NCBI GenBank assembly: GCA_902794035.1
Contig: CADBFN010000001.1
Coordinates: forward strand, 21,599 to 85,598
Direction of reading: 5' to 3'
Length of the DNA stretch: 64,000 nucleotides
DNA from: an uncultured bacterium
GTDB taxonomy: Bacteria; Cyanobacteriota; Vampirovibrionia; Gastranaerophilales; Gastranaerophilaceae
Positions 18,519 to 26,889 of this stretch are shown here, piece by piece. A model generated the notes under the pieces. That model saw only the letters and a program-made list of their open reading frames with translations, was not told where the DNA came from and did no database searches. How positions within the stretch are numbered: position 1 is the first letter of the stretch; each line of letters opens with the position of its first letter. The translations under genes were made by a program, and so were the position numbers.

Positions 18519-18881
18519 TTATTCATCATCTTCTTTTTTGATTTGATCAACTACCATTTTAGCCATCTCTTTTGCAATTACTTTTTGAGTATCCTCCGGA
18601 CAATTTTGCAACATATTCATCGCCGTTCTTAGTGTCGTATCAATATCATACCATCTGCCTCGACGGTTGTCATCTAATCCTGAACCAACAGCGTTTATAA
18701 TATCATCAACCGCTTCAAATTTTTCATCTTCAATATTGTGTTCTATGATAATTTTAATAAGATTTAGCGCTACCCTAATCTGTGTCTGATCATCCGTTTC
18801 TTCCAAAGTTCTGACCGCTTCCGATAAAACAGGATCTTTGTCATACCAGCGTCTGTGTTGATTTGAGTATTCTTCTTTCAT
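18519..18881 (-). CDS. Small acidic protein with internal RWYDxD duplication
   Basis: Start trimmed to the ATG at 18879-18881 behind AAGGAGAA. The two halves align: RRWYDKDPVLSEAVRTLEETDDQTQ / GRWYDIDTTLRTAMNMLQNCPEDTQ. Confidence 0.6.
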   Translation of the reverse strand: MKEEYSNQHRRWYDKDPVLSEAVRTLEETDDQTQIRVALNLIKIIIEHNIEDEKFEAVDDIINAVGSGLDDNRRGRWYDIDTTLRTAMNMLQNCPEDTQKVIAKEMAKMVVDQIKKEDDE

Positions 18882-18952
18882 AATTCCATTCTCCTTTGCT
18901 TTCCTGTCATACTGAACTTGTTTCAGCATCTACTAATTTAATTAAATTGATA

Positions 18953-18977
18953 GACTCTGAAATAAATTCAGAGTGAC
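18953..18977 (-). repeat. Conserved-core hairpin, variant copy (GTCACTCTGAATTTATTTCAGAGTC)
   Basis: Immediately downstream of the fixX stop. Differs from the 37.2 kb and 60.8 kb copies by a compensatory T>C / A>G pair in the stem. Confidence 0.5.
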
Positions 18978-18978
18978 A

Positions 18979-19269
18979 TCAACCGTTTTTAAATGTAACC
19001 CCTTTTGTACCTTTTGGGTATTTCCAGTCTATACACTTATGTTCACACGCGATTCTGCATGCTCCGCACTCAAGGCAGTTTTCAAAATTTACAATCAATT
19101 CCTGCTTCTCCTCGTTCCACTCATAAACTCCTGCAGGACAAATATAAGTGCAGTTCCTTGATACACAATTTTTGCACTTACTTTGGTCAGGATTTAAGTG
19201 CGACTCATTATCAGATGTATATTTTAATGTATATAATTTTTTATCTATATTCATATTAATATACTCCAT
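18979..19269 (-). CDS. fixX: Ferredoxin-like protein FixX
   Basis: 96 aa with a Cys pattern typical of FixX (CxxCxxxxCxxxCP...CxxCxxCxxxC). Overlaps the fixC stop. Confidence 0.8.
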   Translation of the reverse strand: MEYINMNIDKKLYTLKYTSDNESHLNPDQSKCKNCVSRNCTYICPAGVYEWNEEKQELIVNFENCLECGACRIACEHKCIDWKYPKGTKGVTFKNG

Positions 19270-20549
19270 ACAAGCCTAATCAATGCCCAAACATCTTTTA
19301 AAAGTTCACTAAACTTCCTGTCTGAAAAAATACTTTTTATAAATTTGTGGTAATTTTCTCTCTTAGGAGTGCCATCTACTGTTGTAAACATTTCAAAAAA
19401 TGAATTTATCTTTTTTAAATAGTAACTCATAAACGCTTTTTTGCGTTCATGAGCAATAGGCATAAGTTTACGATAAGTTTTTAAATCTTTCATTATAAAA
19501 GAATTTTGCAATTTCTTTTCATAATTTTTCAAAGTTTTTCTTGAAAAATCGTCTTTTTCAAAAGCTTCTATTGCAGTTTCTGCAGCAAGTTTACCTGAAA
19601 TCATTGCAAGATTTGTACCTTCCCAATGCAAGTTATTTACAAGCATCGCAGCGTCTCCGACAATCATTACGCCGTTATCACAAAGTTTTGGTACTTTATT
19701 ATAACCGCCCTCAGGAATCAGATGAGCACTATATTCTTTTAAAGTCCCGCCCTCAATCAAGGGTGCAATAGTCGGATGTTGTTTTAATTTTTCCAAAACC
19801 TCAAACGGCCTGTAGTTATTTTCCACCAAATCATCTAACGTAACACCCAATCCAATCGTGACAGAATCCACATTTGTGTACATAAAACCTAACCCGAGAA
19901 CTCCAAGCATTGAACCGCCAAAAATTTCGCCAATTACACCCTCGCCGTCTTTTACATTAAATCTTTGGTTTATCGTTTCCTTATCAAGTTTTATAACCTC
20001 TTTAACGCTCAATGCAACATCTTTTGTTTCGATCTCTTTTCTTAATTTAATTTGTTTTGCAAGAAGTGAATTGACTCCGTCTGCCAAAACAACAATATCT
20101 GCATAATAGTCTTCAAGTTCGGTTTTTACCCCGACAACTTTTGTACCGTTTTTTATTAACTCACGAACAACAGTTTGTTCAACCAAAATTACACCGGCTT
20201 CTTTTGCTTTTTGAGCCATCCACCTGTCAAACTTTCCTCGTATCACAGAATAACTTTCATTCCCGTCTTTACGATAAGAAATTGATGTTGAATCTTCTTC
20301 GCCCAAAATCATAAAATTATGAGTAATATTTCTTCTTTCTAAAGGTGCTTCCTGCTCAAAATTCGGGAAAATTTCTTTTGTCGGTCTTGTATAAATTGCC
20401 CCGCCAAAAACATTTTTACTGCCAGCAAATAAACCACGTTCAATTAAAACAACTTCTTTACCTGCTCTTGCAAGAGTAATAGCACAAGCAATACCTGCAG
20501 GGCCTGCACCAACAATAATGACATCTGTTTTATTGCTCTTACTTAACAT
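19251..20549 (-). CDS. fixC: FAD-dependent oxidoreductase FixC (ETF-quinone oxidoreductase-like)
   Basis: Start trimmed to the ATG at 20547-20549 behind AAGGAG. Dinucleotide fold DVIIVGAGPAGIACA. FixC-like throughout. Confidence 0.85.
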   Translation of the reverse strand: MLSKSNKTDVIIVGAGPAGIACAITLARAGKEVVLIERGLFAGSKNVFGGAIYTRPTKEIFPNFEQEAPLERRNITHNFMILGEEDSTSISYRKDGNESYSVIRGKFDRWMAQKAKEAGVILVEQTVVRELIKNGTKVVGVKTELEDYYADIVVLADGVNSLLAKQIKLRKEIETKDVALSVKEVIKLDKETINQRFNVKDGEGVIGEIFGGSMLGVLGLGFMYTNVDSVTIGLGVTLDDLVENNYRPFEVLEKLKQHPTIAPLIEGGTLKEYSAHLIPEGGYNKVPKLCDNGVMIVGDAAMLVNNLHWEGTNLAMISGKLAAETAIEAFEKDDFSRKTLKNYEKKLQNSFIMKDLKTYRKLMPIAHERKKAFMSYYLKKINSFFEMFTTVDGTPKRENYHKFIKSIFSDRKFSELLKDVWALIRLVWSILI

Positions 20550-20667
20550 ATCACTCCTTATCGATATCATTATACAATAAAACTTCCCCCATGTAAAATA
20601 GTTAAGTCATTGAACAAACGGATAATTAATACTGGAAATTTTTGCATTAATAATTATAATAGATTAT

Positions 20668-21063
20668 ATGAAAAAGAGTTTAATTATCGCAATTTTAGTA
20701 ATATCAGGATTTATTCCCGCAATATGCAAAGAATCCGAACAATGGGAACATATTGCACCAAATAATTATGTATTCAAAGATGGAATTATGGGATTAGAAA
20801 ATATTTACGGATACTCTTTTTTATTAAAATCATATAATAAAGGTCAATATGAACCAATTAACGGTAAACAGGTTCATTATACACTGGGACAATACGAACT
20901 AAACTGTGCCAAACGCACATATAAAATCGGAGTTCTTGATTCATATGATGAAGATGACGGTTTTATAAACGGGGATTATAATAAATATGCACAATTTCAA
21001 CCCATTGTTGAAGGCACTGCAATATATGTTATGGCAACCAAATTATGTAAAATTTCAATTTAA
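20668..21063 (+). CDS. Small secreted protein/lipoprotein of unknown function
   Basis: 131 aa with signal peptide MKKSLIIAILVISGFIPAIC. Confidence 0.5.
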   Translation: MKKSLIIAILVISGFIPAICKESEQWEHIAPNNYVFKDGIMGLENIYGYSFLLKSYNKGQYEPINGKQVHYTLGQYELNCAKRTYKIGVLDSYDEDDGFINGDYNKYAQFQPIVEGTAIYVMATKLCKISI

Positions 21064-21080
21064 AAAAAAACATCAAAAAA

Positions 21081-21112
21081 AACAGGGAGTATGTTTACTC
21101 CCTGTTTTTATT
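21081..21112. terminator. Bidirectional terminator (131-aa gene / rpoC2)
   Basis: AACAGGGAGT-atgttt-ACTCCCTGTT flanked by an A-run and a T-run. Confidence 0.65.
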
Positions 21113-21129
21113 ATTCGAGTTTACTGAAA

Positions 21130-24100
21130 TTATTCAATAATATCATCATCACCTGCGAAATCCGGAGAGCCGAACATTCCTTCAATTTCTTCCAAAATTG
21201 CAGATGGCTTTCTTGCCTGATTTCTTTGAGCGACAGCTTGTTTTCTTTCAGCTTTTTCTCTTTCTTCATTTGCATTGATCAAATGATGGAAACCTGTACC
21301 TGCAGGTATCAAACGACCGATGATAACGTTTTCTTTCAAACCTCTCAACATGTCTTTTTTACCTTCAACCGCAGCTTCAGTTAAGATTCTTGTTGTTTCC
21401 TGGAATGATGCTGCTGAAATGAATGATTCAGTATTCAATGAAGCTTTTGTGATACCTAACAACATGTGTTCACAAGTTGCAGGAGTTTTACCTGCTTCTT
21501 CAGCTTCCTTGTTTTCTTTTTCATATAACTGAACTTCTACCAATTCTCCAGGTAACAAGTTAGTTTCACCTGCATCAACAATCTTAACTTTCTTAGTCAT
21601 TTGACGAACAATGACTTCAATGTGTTTGTCTGAAATTTCAACACCCTGAGAACGATAAACTCTTTGTACTTCATCTACAAGATATTGTTGAGCTGCTTCA
21701 GGGCCGCGTAATCTCATAACATCATGCGGATCAGGAGATCCTGATGTCAAAGCCTGACCTTTAACAACTTTTTGATTATTTCCAACAATTACATTTGCAT
21801 CAATTGAGTATTTAATCTCAGTTGAAGAACCGTTTTCATCTTCAAGATATAATCTTGGGAATCCGCTTTCATCAACTTCAATCTTTGTAGTTCCGTCAAA
21901 TTCTGCCAAAATAGCACAATCTTTTGGACGACGACCTTCAAGTAATTCTTCAACTTTCGGCAAACCTTGAACGATATCGCCTGTTTTTTCTCTTTCATAA
22001 GTCAAAGATACAATCAAGTCACCTCTTAATACTAATGAACCTGCATTAACAAGTAACATAGTACCTGGGCTGATTAAATAAGGACGACCAACTCTTACTG
22101 ATACACTGCCTTTATTTACAGCAGTAACAATACCGGATATTGGAGTTGTTTCACCACTATCAGCAATTTGGCTGTCAGTTTTGATTAAATCACCTTTTTT
22201 AACTGTTGCTTTGCCCTTTATTTTAATATCTGTTGAAGAACTTTCAGAAATTAATAACAATCTTCTTGCTTCTTCATCATCATTTTTAATAGATGCAACA
22301 GCATCATGCAATGCTAAAACTTGAGTTTTTGCAACAGGGGTTTTCGGATCGATAACCTGACCATCTTTTACCAAAAGTTCAGTTTGTAAAGAGTTATTTG
22401 CAGAACCTTCAAGTTCACGACGAACAATAAGGTTTTCTAATACAACGATTCTTAATTCGCCATTAGAATCAAGTTCTACAACACCTTTCAAATGAGAGAG
22501 ATATCCGCCCATCTGAAGAACTAAACTTGTTCTTGTTATGGTTGCACCGTCAATGTTACGAACTCTTGCGCCATCTTTATACTGTAACTGAGTAACAGGA
22601 ACGACATCAATTAATTCATCTGATGAATGGAATTTAATAGATACATCTTTTTGTTCAATATCCAAAACCTGAACAGGTCTTACTAATATCTGAACCGGCT
22701 GATTTTCTATTGCATCTTCATCAAGACCCATTGAAGCATCCATATCTTCATCCAAGTCTTCAATAGCCAAGTCCTCAACTGAAGAATCCATAATTGTAAC
22801 AACAGAAGTTGTTTTAGCCTTGATACCTTCGGCAATTACAGTTCCTTTTTTAACCACTTCGCCTTCATCAACTTTCAATTCCTGAATACTTGACAAAGTA
22901 TGAACTTCTCCAGGACGAATTGTTATTTCATGAATTACATCATTGTATTCTTTAAATTCTACAACACCGTCAATATGGCAATATACGTCTTTTACTACTT
23001 CAGTACCTGCAGTAACTGTTGTGCCGTTTTCAACCATTTTTAGTGTTGAATCTTTATTAATTTGATGTACTTCTTCAGGTATAAATACAACTTTACCAGG
23101 TTTTGTAATAATTTGATTTTCATCAACTTCTACATCAACGTATCTGATTTCACCTGAAGATGGGACAGTACAATCATCATCAATAAGTTCACCGATAATC
23201 ATACCGTTTTCGACTGTCGTATCAACTACAGCTTTTACAATATATTTTTCACCGGTTTTATCTACTGTCCAGATTTGTTCTTTCTTAGTTTGTTCAAAAG
23301 ATGCATTTTCAGGAGACAAAGACGCAATAACAATCGTCAATTCTTTACCTGATACAATCTTTTTGATTTTCTTGCCGTCAAATTTTGCATCTTCAACAAC
23401 CAAATCACTGCCGACTCTTACTTCACCACCATGTTCGCAAATTGTATGAGTTTCAGCAAGTTTTTCGCCTTTAGATACTTTTTGACCATCTTTTACAAGA
23501 ACTTTTGAACCACCAGGCAATGTATAAACATCACCGCCTAAAACCCAAACAATACCTTGTTTGTTAGTAGTTCTTAATACGTTACCTTGTCTGTCTTTCT
23601 TTTCATCAGCTTTAAATCCTTCAAATACGACTTCACCGCTGATGTCAGAAATAATATCTTTTTGCGCTTTTTCTGTTAAACGGCTGGAATCACTGCTTGA
23701 TTGAGGTGCATGTTCTGCCATTTTGAAACCTTTGGTAACCTTATCACCATCTTTAACAAATACTGTTGCGCCTGCAGGAATATGATATTTAGAAGTTCTC
23801 TTTTCTCCTTTAACTTCCAAATCGGCTTCATACATAGCAACCTGAACAACGTCCCCGTGACGGGTTCTAAGTTCTCTTGTTTTAATTTTTGAAACTACTG
23901 TACCGGCTTCATAAGCTTTGATTTCTTTCATTGCTTCTTTAACGCCAACAGCACCACCGGTGTGGAATGTTCTCATTGTTAATTGTGTACCAGGTTCACC
24001 AATTGACTGAGCTGCAATAATACCGATTGACTCTCCGACATCTACTAATTTTTGAGAAGTCAAAGCCCAACCGTAACATTTTTGGCAAACGCCGTATTCA

Positions 24101-24990
24101 AGTCCGCAAGTCAAAGCTGAACGTACTCTCAGATTTTGTAAATCCAAACCTGAAATTTTCTTAATATCATCTCTATTTAATGTTGTACCGTTAGTAATAA
24201 TAACATTACCATCTTTGTCTGTAATATCCTGAGCAACTGTTCTGCCTAACAATCTGTCAATCAACGGAACAATAATTGCATCACCGTCCATAATCGGTTT
24301 TAAATCGATATATTTATCAGTATGACAATCATCAGCTCTTACAATTACATCTTGTGCAACATCGACTAAACGTCTTGTCAAATAACCTGAGTCAGCTGTT
24401 TTTAACGCAGTATCTACAAGACCTTTTCTTGCACCGTAAGATGAAATGATGTATTCTGTAACGGATAGACCTTCTTTAAAGTTTGATTTGATAGGCAAGT
24501 CGATAATCTGACCTTGAGTATCTGCCATCAAACCTCTCATACCGACTAACTGAGAAACCTGTGATAAGTTACCTCTCGCTCCAGAGAATGCCATCATATA
24601 TACAGGGTTTAATTTGTCAAAGTTTTCTACAACCTGTTCTGTTAATTTTGCAGTTGTTTCAGCCCAGGTGTCGATAACCTTTGTATATCTTTCGACTTCT
24701 GTAATTTCACCTTTTAAGTATCTGTTTTGTGATACTTCAATTTCCTTTTCTGCTGATTTCAACAAATCTTTTTTAGATTCAGGAACTGATAAGTCTGCGA
24801 TTGAAATGGTTGTACCGGACATTGTAGCATATTTGTAACCCAATGATTTTAAAGCATCTGCCAAATTTGCTTCTTTTGCTCCGCCATATTCCAAATACAT
24901 TTGACCTAACAATTTCTTTAATGAACCTTTATCCATTTGTTTGTTAATGAAATCAGGATCTTTTTTTGCATGTGTATATGTCATTTCCAT
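21130..24990 (-). CDS. rpoC2: RNA polymerase beta' C-terminal part (cyanobacterial-type RpoC2) with large trigger-loop insertion
   Basis: 1286 aa. It starts where cyanobacterial beta' starts. The trigger-loop halves QLTMRTFHTGG (aa 336-346) and GDIVQGLPKVEELLE are separated by ~650 aa. Confidence 0.97.
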   Translation of the reverse strand: MEMTYTHAKKDPDFINKQMDKGSLKKLLGQMYLEYGGAKEANLADALKSLGYKYATMSGTTISIADLSVPESKKDLLKSAEKEIEVSQNRYLKGEITEVERYTKVIDTWAETTAKLTEQVVENFDKLNPVYMMAFSGARGNLSQVSQLVGMRGLMADTQGQIIDLPIKSNFKEGLSVTEYIISSYGARKGLVDTALKTADSGYLTRRLVDVAQDVIVRADDCHTDKYIDLKPIMDGDAIIVPLIDRLLGRTVAQDITDKDGNVIITNGTTLNRDDIKKISGLDLQNLRVRSALTCGLEYGVCQKCYGWALTSQKLVDVGESIGIIAAQSIGEPGTQLTMRTFHTGGAVGVKEAMKEIKAYEAGTVVSKIKTRELRTRHGDVVQVAMYEADLEVKGEKRTSKYHIPAGATVFVKDGDKVTKGFKMAEHAPQSSSDSSRLTEKAQKDIISDISGEVVFEGFKADEKKDRQGNVLRTTNKQGIVWVLGGDVYTLPGGSKVLVKDGQKVSKGEKLAETHTICEHGGEVRVGSDLVVEDAKFDGKKIKKIVSGKELTIVIASLSPENASFEQTKKEQIWTVDKTGEKYIVKAVVDTTVENGMIIGELIDDDCTVPSSGEIRYVDVEVDENQIITKPGKVVFIPEEVHQINKDSTLKMVENGTTVTAGTEVVKDVYCHIDGVVEFKEYNDVIHEITIRPGEVHTLSSIQELKVDEGEVVKKGTVIAEGIKAKTTSVVTIMDSSVEDLAIEDLDEDMDASMGLDEDAIENQPVQILVRPVQVLDIEQKDVSIKFHSSDELIDVVPVTQLQYKDGARVRNIDGATITRTSLVLQMGGYLSHLKGVVELDSNGELRIVVLENLIVRRELEGSANNSLQTELLVKDGQVIDPKTPVAKTQVLALHDAVASIKNDDEEARRLLLISESSSTDIKIKGKATVKKGDLIKTDSQIADSGETTPISGIVTAVNKGSVSVRVGRPYLISPGTMLLVNAGSLVLRGDLIVSLTYEREKTGDIVQGLPKVEELLEGRRPKDCAILAEFDGTTKIEVDESGFPRLYLEDENGSSTEIKYSIDANVIVGNNQKVVKGQALTSGSPDPHDVMRLRGPEAAQQYLVDEVQRVYRSQGVEISDKHIEVIVRQMTKKVKIVDAGETNLLPGELVEVQLYEKENKEAEEAGKTPATCEHMLLGITKASLNTESFISAASFQETTRILTEAAVEGKKDMLRGLKENVIIGRLIPAGTGFHHLINANEEREKAERKQAVAQRNQARKPSAILEEIEGMFGSPDFAGDDDIIE

Positions 24991-25010
24991 TTGTTTTTCC
25001 TTTTATTTCG

Positions 25011-25069
25011 GCGGGATAGGAATCCCACCCTACTACTTTATATTGTTGGGCAAGTATGCCCAACCTACA
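25011..25069 (-). repeat. Two GTAG-headed REP hairpins between rpoC1 and rpoC2
   Basis: Minus strand TGTAGG-TTGGGCA-tact-TGCCCAA and GTAGG-GTGGGAT-tcct-ATCCCGC. Confidence 0.6.
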
Positions 25070-26776
25070 TTAAACTAACGCTTTTCTTATTTCTTCGTTA
25101 AAGATAATTCTTCCGACAGTAGTTTCGATTCTTTCGCCTTTTCTGTCACGAACAACAATCTTGTCGTGAAGTTTAATTACTTTAACTTCGAATGCTGAAA
25201 TTGCATCTTCAAAGCTATAGAAATAACCTTGTACTTCCTGATTAGGATCTTTCATAGTTGTTAAGTAATACATACCTAAGACCATATCCTGAGAAGGAGA
25301 TACGATAGGTTTTCCGTTTGCAGGTGCAAGCAAGTTGTTTGTTGCTAACATCAACATTCTTGCTTCAGCCTGAGCTTCAATTGATAACGGAACGTGAACA
25401 GCCATTTGGTCACCGTCAAAGTCAGCGTTGAATGCTGTACAAGCTAACGGGTGAAGCTGAATTGCACGACCTTCAACCAATTTTGGTTCAAATGCCTGAA
25501 TACCCAATCTGTGAAGCGTTGGAGCACGGTTCAATAATACCGGATGTCCGTCAATAACTTCTTCCAGTATATCCCAAATGACAGGATCAGAACGTTCAAT
25601 CTTCTTCTTAGCAGATTTGATATTTTGAACGTATCCGCGTTCGATTAATTTATTAATAACAAACGGTTTAAACAATTCGATAGCCATTTCTTTTGGCAAA
25701 CCGCACTGATTTAATCTCAATGAAGGACCTACAACGATTACTGAACGACCTGAGTAATCAACACGTTTACCTAATAAGTTCTGACGGAAACGACCTTGTT
25801 TACCTTCAATAATATTAGATAATGATTTCAATGCTCTGTTATTCGGACCGACAACAGTTCTGCCGCGGCGACCGTTATCTATCAAAGCATCAACAGCTTC
25901 CTGAAGCATTCTTTTTTCGTTTCTGACGATAATTTCAGGTGCACCCATATCTAATAATCTTTTCAAACGGTTATTTCTGTTGATTACACGTCTGTATAAA
26001 TCATTCAAATCAGAAGTAGCAAATCTGCCACCATCAAGTTGAACCATTGGTCTTAAGTCAGGAGGTGTAACAGGAATAACATTCATAATCATCCATGTAG
26101 GATTTGTCTCTGATTGAATTAAGTTATCTAACAATCTTAATCTTTTAATTAATTTAGATTTTTTCTGAACTGAAACGCTGCCTTCTAATTCGGTTCTGAT
26201 CTCTTCAGCTAATGCTTTGATATCAATTTCGCCCAATAACTGTTGAATAGCCTCGGCTCCGATACCTACTTTTAACGTAGATTCTTCATTTTCAGCCATA
26301 TAATCTTCATATTCTTCTTCAGATAATAATTGAAGTTTTTTGAAATCTGAATCTCCGCCATCTAATACAACATAGCTGTTGAAATAAATAACCTGTTCAA
26401 GATTTTTCAATGTCATATCCAAAAGTAAACCTAAATATGAAGGAATACCTTTTAAGAACCAAATGTGTGAAACAGGAGCTGCAAGTTCAATGTGTCCCAT
26501 TCTGTGACGACGCACTTTGGAATCCGTAACTTCAACTCCGCAGCGTTCGCACACAATACCTTTGTGTCTTACTCTTTTATACTTTCCGCAATAACATTCC
26601 CAGTCCTTTGTTGGCCCGAAAATTCTTTCGCAGAACAAACCGTCTCTTTCCGGTTTCAATGTACGATAATTGATTGTTTCCGGTTTTGTTACTTCGCCGT
26701 GTGACCATTGAAGTATTCTTTCCGGAGATGCAATACTTATTCGTATATAGTCAAAATAATCTATACTTGTTGACAT
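25070..26776 (-). CDS. rpoC1: RNA polymerase gamma subunit (N-terminal beta' part, RpoC1)
   Basis: 568 aa with zinc-binding CxxCxxxxxxxCxxC and the catalytic [12 protein letters not shown]. It ends at the cyanobacterial split point. Confidence 0.97.
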   Translation of the reverse strand: MSTSIDYFDYIRISIASPERILQWSHGEVTKPETINYRTLKPERDGLFCERIFGPTKDWECYCGKYKRVRHKGIVCERCGVEVTDSKVRRHRMGHIELAAPVSHIWFLKGIPSYLGLLLDMTLKNLEQVIYFNSYVVLDGGDSDFKKLQLLSEEEYEDYMAENEESTLKVGIGAEAIQQLLGEIDIKALAEEIRTELEGSVSVQKKSKLIKRLRLLDNLIQSETNPTWMIMNVIPVTPPDLRPMVQLDGGRFATSDLNDLYRRVINRNNRLKRLLDMGAPEIIVRNEKRMLQEAVDALIDNGRRGRTVVGPNNRALKSLSNIIEGKQGRFRQNLLGKRVDYSGRSVIVVGPSLRLNQCGLPKEMAIELFKPFVINKLIERGYVQNIKSAKKKIERSDPVIWDILEEVIDGHPVLLNRAPTLHRLGIQAFEPKLVEGRAIQLHPLACTAFNADFDGDQMAVHVPLSIEAQAEARMLMLATNNLLAPANGKPIVSPSQDMVLGMYYLTTMKDPNQEVQGYFYSFEDAISAFEVKVIKLHDKIVVRDRKGERIETTVGRIIFNEEIRKALV

Positions 26777-26798
26777 TTTTTAAATTTCTCCTTTATTG

Positions 26799-26885
26799 CT
26801 AGTGAATAGTGAGTTGTGAGCAGTGAGAAGTTCTTTTATACTTATTTGAAATGAACCATTCACCATTCACTATTCACTTCTCACT
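26799..26885. repeat. Inverted arrays of 4 + 4 heptamers (AGTGAAT AGTGAGT TGTGAGC AGTGAGA ... CCATTCA CCATTCA CTATTCA CTTCTCA)
   Basis: Read directly in the rpoB-rpoC1 spacer. The arms can form a long imperfect hairpin. Confidence 0.65.
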
Positions 26886-26889
26886 AATT

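Noticed and set aside
26799-26885. CRISPR array
   Set aside because: The repeat units are 7 nt with no spacers, the arrays have only 4 units, and no cas genes are present. They are heptamer tandem repeats, not CRISPR.
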